Shown here one piece after another: positions 26,973 to 36,445 of a stretch of 64,000 bases of DNA (position 1 is its first letter; every line of letters starts with the position of its first letter). A model generated the notes under the pieces. It was given only the letters and a program-made list of their open reading frames with translations. It had not been told where the DNA came from and searched no databases. The stretch spans positions 133,057 through 197,056 of the forward strand of contig DASZAJ010000002.1 of assembly GCA_035945215.1 (NCBI GenBank), read 5' to 3'. Position numbers and translations under genes: made by a program. Source of the stretch: Thermoplasmata archaeon. GTDB lineage: Archaea; Thermoplasmatota; Thermoplasmata; Lutacidiplasmatales; UBA184.

Positions 26973-27572
26973 TCATTGACTGGGCCGTAGGCCGGCCCGT
27001 TCAGCTTCTTGCTGAAGGAATTCCAATCGATCCATGATTCGGGTCTGGACCCCGAATCGTCGGGCGATCCGATGAACGTCCTTCGTCAGGGCCCATGGGG
27101 CGCCCGCCCGCAAATCCCGTAGGATCTTCTGAACTTGGACCAGCCAGGCATCACTCTCGATGACCAAGCGCGTATACCAGACGACCCCGACCTTGGCGAC
27201 GCGGCCATCGGCGGTTCCCCTCGAGCCGAAGCGAGCCACGTAATCGAAGAAGGTGTCCCCTGGCCGTCGGCCGCTGAAGGCGCTCGGGTCTAGGACGTCG
27301 AAGCGGACCACCTCGTGGCCGACTACGAAGTGGCCGCCCGCCATTTCCGAGTCGTCTCGGGACATTGAAACGATGGAGGGGTCGTGGTCGAGTGCGTCCA
27401 CGCCCCGGGCGTATTCCCGCGTCATGAGCAGGACGTCGACATCGCGGGACTCCGATGGATACACCTCAGCGACGGCCGCCCCGCCCACGATCACGTAGTG
27501 GATCCCGTGCTTGTTCAGAATCGTTGCGAACTTGCGGACGTGGTTTCGGTTCAAAGTCGGCCGCCCACCCAA
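26973..27572 (-). CDS. Nucleotidyltransferase-fold protein (minimal NTase-like), hypothetical
   Basis: 'GIHYVIVGGAAVAEVYPSESRDVDVLL' shows the GGxA...DxD pattern. Its start overlaps the upstream gene. Confidence 0.4.
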   Translation of the reverse strand: MGGRPTLNRNHVRKFATILNKHGIHYVIVGGAAVAEVYPSESRDVDVLLMTREYARGVDALDHDPSIVSMSRDDSEMAGGHFVVGHEVVRFDVLDPSAFSGRRPGDTFFDYVARFGSRGTADGRVAKVGVVWYTRLVIESDAWLVQVQKILRDLRAGAPWALTKDVHRIARRFGVQTRIMDRLEFLQQEAERAGLRPSQ

Positions 27573-28114
27573 ACGTTCCGGTCCTGGCGAACCAGAGCCT
27601 CTTCACTAAGGGGAATCCCCGATCTGGGGAGCTCCGGAAGGAGCGCCTGCAAACCGACTCTCATTGCGACCTCCTCGACGTTCTCTTGAAAGATGCGCTT
27701 GAGGAATCGGGGCCTATCGAGAAAGTCTTGATGACGTAGCGCGAAGGCGCGGGCCAACAGCGGATCGTTCTTCAGCAGGACGATCACGAGATCTTCCAAC
27801 CGAGGGGACCGCGCTGCCTCGGCGGATTCCAAGCTGGTCAGCGGAATATCGGTGTCGATCAGCGTGGCCAACTCCCGCCAGGCTACGAGAATCTCGTCCG
27901 TCGCGCGCGGGAACCCCCATGCTGCCGTCACCTCGGGCGAAATGAGGTGAATCGGGAGGCCAGCCTTGCGAGCCATCATTACGTCCGATTCTCGCTCGAT
28001 TCGTACTCGATATGTGCCGCGCGGGCGATGCGATAACCGCGGGTCCGGTACGAAGAGTCCCGGATGTGCGAAGCGGTCCCTCGAGTCGTGAGTGAGAGTG
28101 AAGGTGACGTGCAT
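27551..28114 (-). CDS. Hypothetical protein, upstream partner of the NTase-like gene
   Basis: Overlaps the NTase-like gene by 22 nt in operon-like fashion. No family recognised. Confidence 0.4.
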   Translation of the reverse strand: MHVTFTLTHDSRDRFAHPGLFVPDPRLSHRPRGTYRVRIERESDVMMARKAGLPIHLISPEVTAAWGFPRATDEILVAWRELATLIDTDIPLTSLESAEAARSPRLEDLVIVLLKNDPLLARAFALRHQDFLDRPRFLKRIFQENVEEVAMRVGLQALLPELPRSGIPLSEEALVRQDRNVWVGGRL

Positions 28115-28134
28115 TACCTTCGATTCATTGCCTT

Positions 28135-28148
28135 AAGTATATATACTT
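28135..28148 (-). promoter_or_regulatory. Perfect 14-bp AT palindrome AAGTATATATACTT (TATA-box/operator) about 21 nt upstream of the minus-strand start at 28114
   Basis: The only AT-only 14-mer in the neighbourhood. Its spacing fits an archaeal TATA box at -26 with a leaderless mRNA. Confidence 0.45.
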
Positions 28149-28283
28149 ACCATCTAAGAATGTTCCGCTTTACCAGCTCGAGAACCGGCCCGGAGTCGAC
28201 CCCTATGCGGCTGGGTGCGACGGGGACCCGCGTAGGTCCAGGAGCCATAGCCCCTATCGAACGGGAGCGGGTTCCGGGAATGC

Positions 28284-28766
28284 CTAGCGGAGGGGGGGTG
28301 GCGGCAACTTGTTCGCAAAGCTGGGACCCTTCGGCGCCGGTCGCGCAACTAGAACCGTACGAGTCATGAACCCGCCCAGTCCGCCCATCGCCAATCCCAC
28401 GGCAGCGGCCAGGATACACAGCGGGTAACCTGTTGCGAACTGAACCCCTATCGCGATCACGAGGATCCCGAAGTCCGGCACGATGAACCGAAGGAGGCCC
28501 TTCAACACCGCCTGGGTGTGGACCACATCCGATGGCTTGATGATGATCTCACGAGGCGCGAGCCACCATCCGATCGGGAAGCCGGCGACAACAGTGACCC
28601 CCGCTGGACTTCGCGCAATGTAGCATACCGCGCCCACGACAACGAAGGAAGCAATGGCGAGCTCTCCCGCGGCGATCTTCCGACCCAGCGGCGTCGAGAT
28701 GGTCACCCTGGCCCGGTCCGTCGGTCTGGTGGCGGTCGGCTTGGATGTACGTCCGCGCTCGGTCAC
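28284..28766 (-). CDS. Hypothetical polytopic membrane protein
   Basis: Four hydrophobic helices, e.g. 'IASFVVVGAVCYIA', 'VVAGFPIGWWLAP', 'GILVIAIGVQFATGYPLCILAAAVGLAMGGLGGF'. Confidence 0.45.
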   Translation of the reverse strand: MTERGRTSKPTATRPTDRARVTISTPLGRKIAAGELAIASFVVVGAVCYIARSPAGVTVVAGFPIGWWLAPREIIIKPSDVVHTQAVLKGLLRFIVPDFGILVIAIGVQFATGYPLCILAAAVGLAMGGLGGFMTRTVLVARPAPKGPSFANKLPPPPLR

Positions 28767-28945
28767 GGTGCCCGAAGATGCCCGGCTTGATCTTGGGTAA
28801 CGTTCCAGACGGTCTTGAAAGCTCTCCAGATAGTGTAGGAGGACCGCCGACGCTAGCTCAGATGCCTTGCCCCGGAGGACGACCGGTCAAGATCACGCGT
28901 CGAGCCCCGAGGTCGGATCGGAACGAATCCGGAAGCGACCACTTT

Positions 28946-29344
28946 CTACGGCGCGACCGCGCTTCGGATCAGCCGATCGATCACCGCAGCATAGTAGGAA
29001 ATCTCCTCAAACGGCTCTCGCAAGGCGGCCGGATCGCTCACGAATCCGTGGTAGAAATTTGCGTGCATCCGCTCGGCGGCGTTGACCGCGCGCAACAGGC
29101 GATCGTCGCCCCGAGTCGTTCCTACTTCCCTGGCATAGGAGACCGTCTCCTTGTGCCGAGAAAGAATCCTACCGGTGCTGACCAGAGATAGGGCGTGGGT
29201 GTAGTCCGTGAACAGCCCCCAGAGCGTTTCCGACGCTTTGTCGAGTGCCCCCTCGGCAAGCATTCGGTCGAAGTTTCTGCGGTTTCGCACGGCCCGTGCG
29301 ATGTAATCCGATGCCCTCTCCAGCAGCTCGCGATCCGCGGCCAA
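28946..29344 (-). CDS. HEPN-domain protein (PF05168-like)
   Basis: An alpha-helical 132-aa protein ending 'LLRAVNAAERMHANFYHG', which matches the HEPN C-terminal R-x(4-6)-H-G motif. Confidence 0.45.
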   Translation of the reverse strand: MAADRELLERASDYIARAVRNRRNFDRMLAEGALDKASETLWGLFTDYTHALSLVSTGRILSRHKETVSYAREVGTTRGDDRLLRAVNAAERMHANFYHGFVSDPAALREPFEEISYYAAVIDRLIRSAVAP

Positions 29345-29347
29345 GAC

Positions 29348-29557
29348 TCACCGGTTCTTGCGCCACTCTTTGATCGCTCCCGAATCGTCGCTGATGACCG
29401 CCTTAAAATTAGAGGAGCCGGATCGGACCGTGACCCACCAATCTCCATTCCGTCTCTTTTCGACGTCGGTCACGATCGTGGCAATGTCTGGGAGGCCCGC
29501 CCGATGCGCCTGTTCCATGGCCTTCTCGGTCACGGCTCCAACGTCGAGAGGCGCCAT
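29348..29557 (-). CDS. Small hypothetical protein, probably co-transcribed with the HEPN gene
   Basis: A 69-aa ORF ending 3 nt before the HEPN start. Confidence 0.3.
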   Translation of the reverse strand: MAPLDVGAVTEKAMEQAHRAGLPDIATIVTDVEKRRNGDWWVTVRSGSSNFKAVISDDSGAIKEWRKNR

Positions 29558-29846
29558 GTCGATGCATCAGGCGGCCTTGCTTAAGACGCTCACCTCTGCG
29601 CTGGAAGGTGCACCGCGGTAGGATCGCTCCCCATCGGGGAACTATGAATAGGTCCAACAGGATTTGAACACCTAGTTCGCTGACGAGGTCCTACGGGGAC
29701 CCGGCCAAATTGCGTTGTCGGCCAACGACTCCGAAAGGGAGAGGCGGATCGAAGTACAGTCGACACGACTTCGGATGCCCGCTCGAGGGAGAGCGCAAGG
29801 CTATCATCCGTTGGGCCTATCGTCCCTACCCGCCGCCGAGAGACTC

Positions 29847-30647
29847 ATGAGGACCCGGTTCACAGACGTGATTGGGTGCACCGTTCCGGTCCAGCTCGCC
29901 GGAATGGGATCCTTGGGACGTCCTGCGCTCGCCGCAGCCGTCGCCTCGGCCGGAGGACTCGGTATGCTGGGCTGGAACGGGGCCCCGCCCGAACACCTCG
30001 TCTGGATGCTGGAAGAAACGAGACGAAGAACCCAGGGCGTTTTCGGGGTCAACTACATCGTGGATGGTTGGCGTGAGACGGCATCCGGCGCGATCGAACC
30101 CGAGTGCGTCGAGGCCGTGAAGGTCGCGGCCTCGCGCGCTCGGGTGGTCGAATTCTTCTACGGTCCCCCGGATCCGGCCTTGGTCGATATCGCCCACAAG
30201 GGCGGCGCGCTGGCTTCCTGGCAAGTCGGAACGTTAGAGGAAGCTCGGCAGGCGGAGTCGGCCGGATGCGACGTGGTGGTCGCCCAAGGGGTCGAAGCAG
30301 GTGGTCACGTCCGGGGGAAGACGGAGCTCTTCACGCTCCTTCCCAAAGTCATTGGAGCGGTCACGGTCCCTGTGGTCGCGGCCGGAGGGATAGGGACCGG
30401 GGAGATCATGGGCCGGGCGCTCTCCGCCGGTGCCGAGGCGGTCCGGATCGGGACTCGGTTCGTGGCGGCGACGGAGTCGGAGGCGCACCCGGACTATGTC
30501 CGACGCCTCGTGGACGCCTCGGGCCGCGACACGGTAGTGACGGAAACGTTCTCGAGGAACTGGCCCCACGCGCCCCATCGGGTTCTGGCGAGCTGCATCG
30601 GGGAGTACGAACGGACGACCGAGGACGTGATCGGGGATTCCGAGTGA
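29847..30647 (+). CDS. Nitronate monooxygenase (2-nitropropane dioxygenase, NMO/FabK-like TIM barrel), interrupted by an in-frame TGA at 30645-30647; the homologous C-terminus continues to 30869
   Basis: N-terminus 'MRTRFTDVIGCTVPVQLAGMGSLGRPALAAAVASAGGLGMLG' and mid-protein 'VVAQGVEAGGHVRG', 'VVAAGGIGTGEIMGRALSAGAEAVRIGTRFVAATES' match NMO. After the TGA the same frame reads 'PVHRGDSVVPLEVMRGRIEAMPHWAGTSVDAVHEPRPAADIIAELVRDAE', which matches the NMO C-terminal '...WAGQSAGLI..IPSVADLI..LV.E' block. Confidence 0.65.
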   Translation: MRTRFTDVIGCTVPVQLAGMGSLGRPALAAAVASAGGLGMLGWNGAPPEHLVWMLEETRRRTQGVFGVNYIVDGWRETASGAIEPECVEAVKVAASRARVVEFFYGPPDPALVDIAHKGGALASWQVGTLEEARQAESAGCDVVVAQGVEAGGHVRGKTELFTLLPKVIGAVTVPVVAAGGIGTGEIMGRALSAGAEAVRIGTRFVAATESEAHPDYVRRLVDASGRDTVVTETFSRNWPHAPHRVLASCIGEYERTTEDVIGDSE

Positions 30648-31101
30648 CCGTGGGCTCCCGGGGTCCGCGTGCCGGTCCACCGAGGGGATTCCGTGGTTCC
30701 GCTCGAGGTAATGCGGGGCCGGATCGAGGCGATGCCCCATTGGGCGGGCACGTCGGTCGACGCCGTGCACGAGCCACGCCCTGCCGCCGACATCATCGCG
30801 GAGCTGGTCCGCGACGCTGAAAGCCATCTTCTCGGTTCTTTGCGACCGCCCTCGGGGGCCACCCCATGATACCCATCCCGCTCGGCATTGTGAACCACCG
30901 GCTGGAAGGGTCGGACGTCTGATCCGACTTCAGAATGGTCCCCTGAAGCGAGGCGGGACCGGTGCTTTGGATCCGCCCATCGGGGGCGGTCGCCCACTGA
31001 CCCCTCTGGAGTGCCTTGCCCGTTTCGCTGACCTACATCGCGTGGAATCTGTCGACCCGCCGATATGAAAGAGGGGCGAAGACGGGATTATTGAGCGGGA
31101 G

Positions 31102-31569
31102 TTGCGCGGGACGATGACAGTAGCGAAGACCGCCGAATCCCCCCACGGTCAACCCACGATCACGACGTTTCTGATGTTCTCTGGGACACAATACGGTAAG
31201 GCTGAGGAGGCGATCCGGTTCTACGTTTCTCTATTTCCGAACTCTCGGTTGGAGTCTCTCGTACGCCACGGCCCCGGGGAGCAGGTCCCGGAAGGGGAAC
31301 TTCAGAGGGCGGCGTTCACCCTCTCCGGGCAGCGGTTCATGGCGACCGAGAGCCAGGGGGGTGATCAGTTCGCGTTCACACCCGCCTTCTCGCTGTACGT
31401 GAAGTGCCACTCCGCCCAAGAGCTGCGCGCTCTCTATTCCGGCCTTTCGAAGGGCGGGAAGGTCCACATGCCGCTAGGCTCCCACCCATCCAGCCGGCTG
31501 TTCGTCTGGTTCGACGATCGTTACGGCGTTTCCTGGCAACTGGAACTCCCGAGATCGCCGGGAAAGTAG
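31102..31569 (+). CDS. VOC/glyoxalase-fold protein (PhnB / 3-demethylubiquinone-9 3-methyltransferase-like domain)
   Basis: 'ITTFLMFSGTQYGKAEEAIRFYVSLFPNSRLESL...FTLSGQRFMATES...FAFTPAFSLYVKCHSAQELRALYSGLSKGGKVHMPLG...FVWFDDRYGVSWQL' matches the PF06983-like pattern. Confidence 0.6.
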   Translation: MRGTMTVAKTAESPHGQPTITTFLMFSGTQYGKAEEAIRFYVSLFPNSRLESLVRHGPGEQVPEGELQRAAFTLSGQRFMATESQGGDQFAFTPAFSLYVKCHSAQELRALYSGLSKGGKVHMPLGSHPSSRLFVWFDDRYGVSWQLELPRSPGK

Positions 31570-31817
31570 GTTTCACTGTCGGACAAGCTGGCGGGCTCCT
31601 TGTGTCAATCCCCCTCCAGTGAACTCGTCCCCTCCGAACCGGGCCCGAACGGGCGCGACCGAGAGGGACGAGCTCCGGCATTCTTGCCCAGCTCGGCCGG
31701 GAAGAAGGACGGGCCGCGGTCCCATGTCTCCGACGGGAGCCTTGAAGACGACGGACACTGGGGAGACCGCGTGGGCGCGGCGCAACCGACAAACGTCCGG
31801 CGAGCGTATGGATTCCG

Positions 31818-32129
31818 GTGTCGATTCGAACCCGTCTCGAGAAGGAGCTCCGAGGCCTCCCTTCCTTGTCCCATCGGGCGTCTCGGTTCGGGGACTCGAA
31901 GTCCTACTTTGTGGCCGACCGTGAGGTCGCGCATTTCCACGGCGACCAGAGGATGGACGTCCGGTTGACGAAGGAACGGATTCGGCTGCTCAAGGAGGAG
32001 GGATCGCTCGACGTTCGCGTCCGGACGAGAGGACGCTACGCGGAATGGGCCTCCCTCCCACTCCTTGACGAGCGGGACCTCGCCCTTGCGGTGGAGATGG
32101 TCCTCGAGGCGATCCGCGCCAATTCGTGA
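31818..32129 (+). CDS. Hypothetical small protein
   Basis: ORF 'SYFVADREVAHFHGDQRMDVRLTKERIRLL...' is conserved-looking. No family recognised. Confidence 0.35.
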   Translation: MSIRTRLEKELRGLPSLSHRASRFGDSKSYFVADREVAHFHGDQRMDVRLTKERIRLLKEEGSLDVRVRTRGRYAEWASLPLLDERDLALAVEMVLEAIRANS

Positions 32130-32321
32130 GGCGCGGGAGGCGCCCGTCGTACGAAGGGCAGCCTAAGTATCCTCGAGAGGTGCGATCGACGAGGAGCCCG
32201 GATCCACCGAGGTGACCCCACGTTAGCCGCCCAAGGTACCGCCCGCCGGGACGGCGCACCTCGCCGGGTGGGAGTTTTCCGGCCGGACCGGCGGGGTAGG
32301 ACGCGTTGGGCGGGAGCGCCG

Positions 32322-33716
32322 ATGCGGGCCTTGGCCCTCGGCGCGATCGCCGTCCTCCTAGCCCTGCCCGGATTGGCCACGTCGGGGAACCTCGCGGCGA
32401 CGGGCGAGATTCCCACCCCATCCCGTGGGCTGCCCGTCAACGTCCCGTCTTCCGGAGCTCGGCCCAGCGAAGCTTCCACCGCTCCTCGGAACTACTCCGT
32501 CACGTTCGGAGAGACCGGGTTGCCCACCGGCGTCAGTTGGTCCATCGGGCTTCAACTATCGAACACGTCCGGCACCGGATCCGGGGTCCAGGCGCCCACC
32601 AACATCTCTTTCTCCCTCCCCAATGGAACCGGCCTCGAATTTCAGGCCTGGGCGAACGGCTACACCCCGATGCCCTGGTCCGGCAAATTCAATGTCTCGG
32701 GTAGCCCGCTCCATTTTTCGATCGCCTTCCGTAAGACGCGCTATTTCCCGGTCTGGATCAACGAATCCGGGCTTCCGACGGGGACCAATTGGTCGGCGTC
32801 GTTGTTCGGGAGTGGAGAATGGTTCCAGTACTTCCTCATCAACTCGTCCCTGACGGATTCGATCCTTTTCGTCGTTCCCGCCGGCTTCAACGGTTCCTAC
32901 ACGGCGAGCCCGCCGAAACCATACCTTTGGGTTTCGGGGAGCCTGACGACCCCGGTGTCGGGCCAGCCGGTCGCGATCTCCGTCAGACTTGGGGTCGCGC
33001 CGATCCTGTACCCCGTGATCTTCCGAGAGACGGGCCTGGCCGGCGGAACCGGCTGGGCCGTGGTCCTCGACGGGATCACGAACGATTCGAACACTGGCGA
33101 GATTGGATTCCTCGAACCCAACGGTACCGGCAACCAATTCCTGGTCGAGGGAGTACGCGGCTTCGTCGCGACGCCGGCCCGTGGTAGCCTTGCGGTCGCC
33201 GGCGCGCCGGTCTCGACCTTGGTCGCGTTCGCGCCGGTGGGAGAAACCCTCGAGGTCCGCGGCTGGGCCAATGTGACCTCCTCCGGGGGAGGAGACAGCT
33301 ATTGCCTGGACGGGACGGGAGAGGTCCGGACCCACCCCGCTTGGGAGAACGTCAGCTTCGCCGCCGTGGCATGGAACGGCTCTCCGCCCTACTTCTTCAC
33401 GTGGAACCCTGGTGACGGAGCGCCGGACCTATCGGGACCTCAAGGCTCGCACACGTACTCGGAGTTCGGGAGCTGGAACGCCAATGTATCGGCCTTCGAC
33501 GGCTACGGCTCAACGGGTTCGGCCGAATTGGTGGTCAAGAACGCGCCACCCCCCGGGCCGGTTCCGACATGCCAGAAGGGCCTCTCTAACCACCCAACTT
33601 TCCTCGGGCTCCCCACGTTGGAGGGCTACACCCTGGCCGCGGGGATGGCCATAGCCGCCGCCGGGGCCGCGGTCTTGACTTTGCGGAAGCGGGCCGCCCG
33701 GCCCCCCCTGCAGTAA
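32322..33716 (+). CDS. Secreted surface protein built of 'TGLPxG...NGTYxY' beta-sandwich modules, C-terminal TM anchor
   Basis: Signal 'MRALALGAIAVLLALPGLATSG'. Repeats 'FGETGLPTGVSWSIGL', 'INESGLPTGTNWSASL', 'FRETGLAGGTGWAVVLDG'. C-terminal TM 'LAAGMAIAAAGAAVLTLRKR'. Confidence 0.7.
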   Translation: MRALALGAIAVLLALPGLATSGNLAATGEIPTPSRGLPVNVPSSGARPSEASTAPRNYSVTFGETGLPTGVSWSIGLQLSNTSGTGSGVQAPTNISFSLPNGTGLEFQAWANGYTPMPWSGKFNVSGSPLHFSIAFRKTRYFPVWINESGLPTGTNWSASLFGSGEWFQYFLINSSLTDSILFVVPAGFNGSYTASPPKPYLWVSGSLTTPVSGQPVAISVRLGVAPILYPVIFRETGLAGGTGWAVVLDGITNDSNTGEIGFLEPNGTGNQFLVEGVRGFVATPARGSLAVAGAPVSTLVAFAPVGETLEVRGWANVTSSGGGDSYCLDGTGEVRTHPAWENVSFAAVAWNGSPPYFFTWNPGDGAPDLSGPQGSHTYSEFGSWNANVSAFDGYGSTGSAELVVKNAPPPGPVPTCQKGLSNHPTFLGLPTLEGYTLAAGMAIAAAGAAVLTLRKRAARPPLQ

Positions 33717-34217
33717 TGGGCGACTCGTGACCCGTCGTGTACCGCCTCAAAGGGCGCCGATGGACCCCGCTTCGGATGGCACTCGCCGAACGAGAAGGTC
33801 CAACGATGACTTTGATGGGGATTCCCTTCGCGCCAAGCTTCGCCCCTCGAATCAGTTCTTGACGGGCCGATGGCCAGCTTGCACAACGGGCCCTCCGAGA
33901 GGATCTCCGGGCTCGACCAGAGAAAATGTGGTAGAACCGAGGGCCTGAGAAACTCCCGCGACTCGCCGCGCAATGCGACGAAAGTAGAACGGGCATGGAA
34001 GACACGTTGACCAGCGCAAACTCATGGTCCAGGCCATCGGTTCGATCGACGCGCTTGGACGGTGTGGGCCGAAGGAGTTCAGCGTCGACGGGGAAGGCCA
34101 CCGCCGGTCAGGCTCTCCGAGGGCTGGGATTCGTCGTCCCGCGAATTTCGAAGGGCCCCTTCGTTACGGGGCTGGAATCGAATCCTATTTGTCCACCCTT
34201 GGCTTTCACTCGATCCT

Positions 34218-35258
34218 ATGGCAGGCGACGCAGCCCCACCTACCCCGGCACCCACGTCCACGCCAACCCCACCCACTCCGAGCTCTCCCCGCCCGAAGTC
34301 CCGTGCGATGCTCGTCGGCGTCGTGATCGTGATCGTTGTGATCGTAGTGGTGGCGGGGCTGTACATCGGCTATCCTTCCCTCTTCGGGAAGAAGAGCGCG
34401 TCCTCCCCCGAAGCGGGGGGTTTCGCCGGCGGCCAAGTGGTCCACTTCACGTATACCGGTCAATCCGAGTGCAAGCCGGACCTCTCGACGCTCGTTGCCA
34501 GCGCGCCGGCCTCCGCGTCGACGTACACCCAATGCGGGGTCATCGCCGCGAATGTCAATAGTGTCGAGTCCACCCAGCTTCCCGAGTGGGTTCTCGTGCC
34601 CGCGTTCGCGGGACTTTCGATCTTCGGCGTCACGGCCCTGGGCGGAAGCTCGGCGGGGTTCCCGCAGTTCCAGGGCGCGGCGATCGCCACCGATTGCGGC
34701 GCTGGCGGGAGCCCGACGGGTTGCGCCGACCACCCGAAGTACATCTACTCCCCTCTGTTCGCGGCGGTCGAGACGTATCTGAACCTCACCAACGGGTACA
34801 ATGGCTTGCCCCTCGGAGTACTCCCCACCCCCGCCCACGACCATCTCATCAACACCACGTCGACCTGGCCGAACATCCCGTGGGGGACGATCGTCGTTCT
34901 CGTGCTCGACCCGGACATCTGGCCGGACCGAGCCACCGCGCAATGCACCGCTTCCGTGGCGTCCAATCTCTCGAGCCCGACCGCGAACTGCCTGACCAGC
35001 CTGACCGCGCTGGATCGGGCGCTCTCTACCTCGAGCCATTCCGTGGTTACCGCCGGCGCAAGCTCGGACAACAAGATCTGGAAGGCCCTCGGGGGACCCT
35101 CCGCCCAGGTCATCGTACCGGGCGACATGACCATCCCCCAGGTCAACAACAATCTCAATTCGAACCTCTACATCTGGTTCCCGGTCGCCCCCGGAGCGCC
35201 CGATGTGGGATTCCCGAGTCTCACGGCGACTTCCGCCAGTTCGGGGTACGGGGGTTAA
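34218..35258 (+). CDS. Membrane-anchored extracellular protein (Pro/Thr-rich N-terminus, one TM), hypothetical
   Basis: 'MAGDAAPPTPAPTSTPTPPTPSSPRPKSRAMLVGVVIVIVVIVVVAGLYIGY' followed by a 290-aa Cys-containing domain. The long antisense ORF 34206..35612 is Arg/Gly-rich noise. Confidence 0.55.
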   Translation: MAGDAAPPTPAPTSTPTPPTPSSPRPKSRAMLVGVVIVIVVIVVVAGLYIGYPSLFGKKSASSPEAGGFAGGQVVHFTYTGQSECKPDLSTLVASAPASASTYTQCGVIAANVNSVESTQLPEWVLVPAFAGLSIFGVTALGGSSAGFPQFQGAAIATDCGAGGSPTGCADHPKYIYSPLFAAVETYLNLTNGYNGLPLGVLPTPAHDHLINTTSTWPNIPWGTIVVLVLDPDIWPDRATAQCTASVASNLSSPTANCLTSLTALDRALSTSSHSVVTAGASSDNKIWKALGGPSAQVIVPGDMTIPQVNNNLNSNLYIWFPVAPGAPDVGFPSLTATSASSGYGG

Positions 35259-35680
35259 CGGGGTTACCGGCCGATCCGACCCCCGATCGGCTCTGGGTCT
35301 GGGAGGGTCAACCCCCTCCTGCGGGGGCCCTTGCCGGGCGTGGATCGGTACTCCTATCCGAGGTCGCAACTCCACGAAGCTTGCGTAACCTGACGGATAG
35401 TCTCGTCCCGAACGCCCTTGAAGATCGGTCGTTCCCCCCCTCTTCCCGAGCGGCGGGGAGGGCGGGCAGCGGCGAGGTGAACTCCCGAGTCGAGGAAATC
35501 GATCCGGGTCGGGCCCTTCGGTGGATGCGGCTCGGGCGGCCAGGGCCCGACCGACGGTCGCGGCCTCGAAGGCGGCGTGGCCTTCGTCCGTGCCCAGCGC
35601 GCGCCCCCCCACGACGAGGCGAAATTTCGAGCCGCCCCGTCGCCGGACGAGCCGGAGCGACGAAACACTTTTAGTCCCGG

Positions 35681-36073
35681 GTGAGGCTGGAGCACGCTGA
35701 GCATTTGATCACCTTCATCGACCTTACATTCTCGCCGGCCGGCCTCCCCGCGAGTGCGGTGGTCGCGAAACTCCAGACTCTCCCCGGCGTATCCTCCGTC
35801 GTTGGGGAACACGACCTCATGTTCACCTGGGATACTCCCTCGGAATTCGACGAGCAGATCCGGAAGATCCATTCGGTCCTGGCCGGGACCGGTGCGACGT
35901 ACCGGGTCTTCACGGTCGCCGATAGTTACCAGGCCCGGGATTTCTCCGCCTGGATCCCCTCCGATCCCCCCCGACCGACCTCCCACCCGGCCTACCGCGA
36001 CGACGTGAACCCGTCGGAGGATCCCCCCTCGGACGAAGGGAACCGGCGGCCCCGACGCAATCGATCGGCCTAG
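35681..36073 (+). CDS. Hypothetical protein
   Basis: ORF with plausible composition in the N-terminal 90 aa. No family recognised. Confidence 0.3.
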   Translation: MRLEHAEHLITFIDLTFSPAGLPASAVVAKLQTLPGVSSVVGEHDLMFTWDTPSEFDEQIRKIHSVLAGTGATYRVFTVADSYQARDFSAWIPSDPPRPTSHPAYRDDVNPSEDPPSDEGNRRPRRNRSA

Positions 36074-36445
36074 CCCGCGGGGCCCATCGGATTCCCAATC
36101 CTAGCCGAGACGCGGCGTCTGCGGCCTCTAGGGACCGGGCGGGCGTTCCAAGCGATTCTGCCGACCTTGTGTCCGCGCTGACCCAGTCAGCTCGGCGATA
36201 CTGAAAGTTCGAACCGGAGCCGCCGGGGCCCGACCCCAATCGCAACTCTCGCCGAGGGGAACCCGCCGGGAACGCCGTCCATTCAATCCGTCGGTCGACC
36301 TTGGCGCGGTCCACCGCCCCGCTTCGTTTCAGATCGGCCGGCATGATCAGCCCCCGGAGGCTCTCCATCCGCCATGGCCCCTATGTCGCACTCCCAAGGA
36401 TGCGTTCCGATAGGTTCTTGTGCGAGGACCGAGACACCCCCTCTC

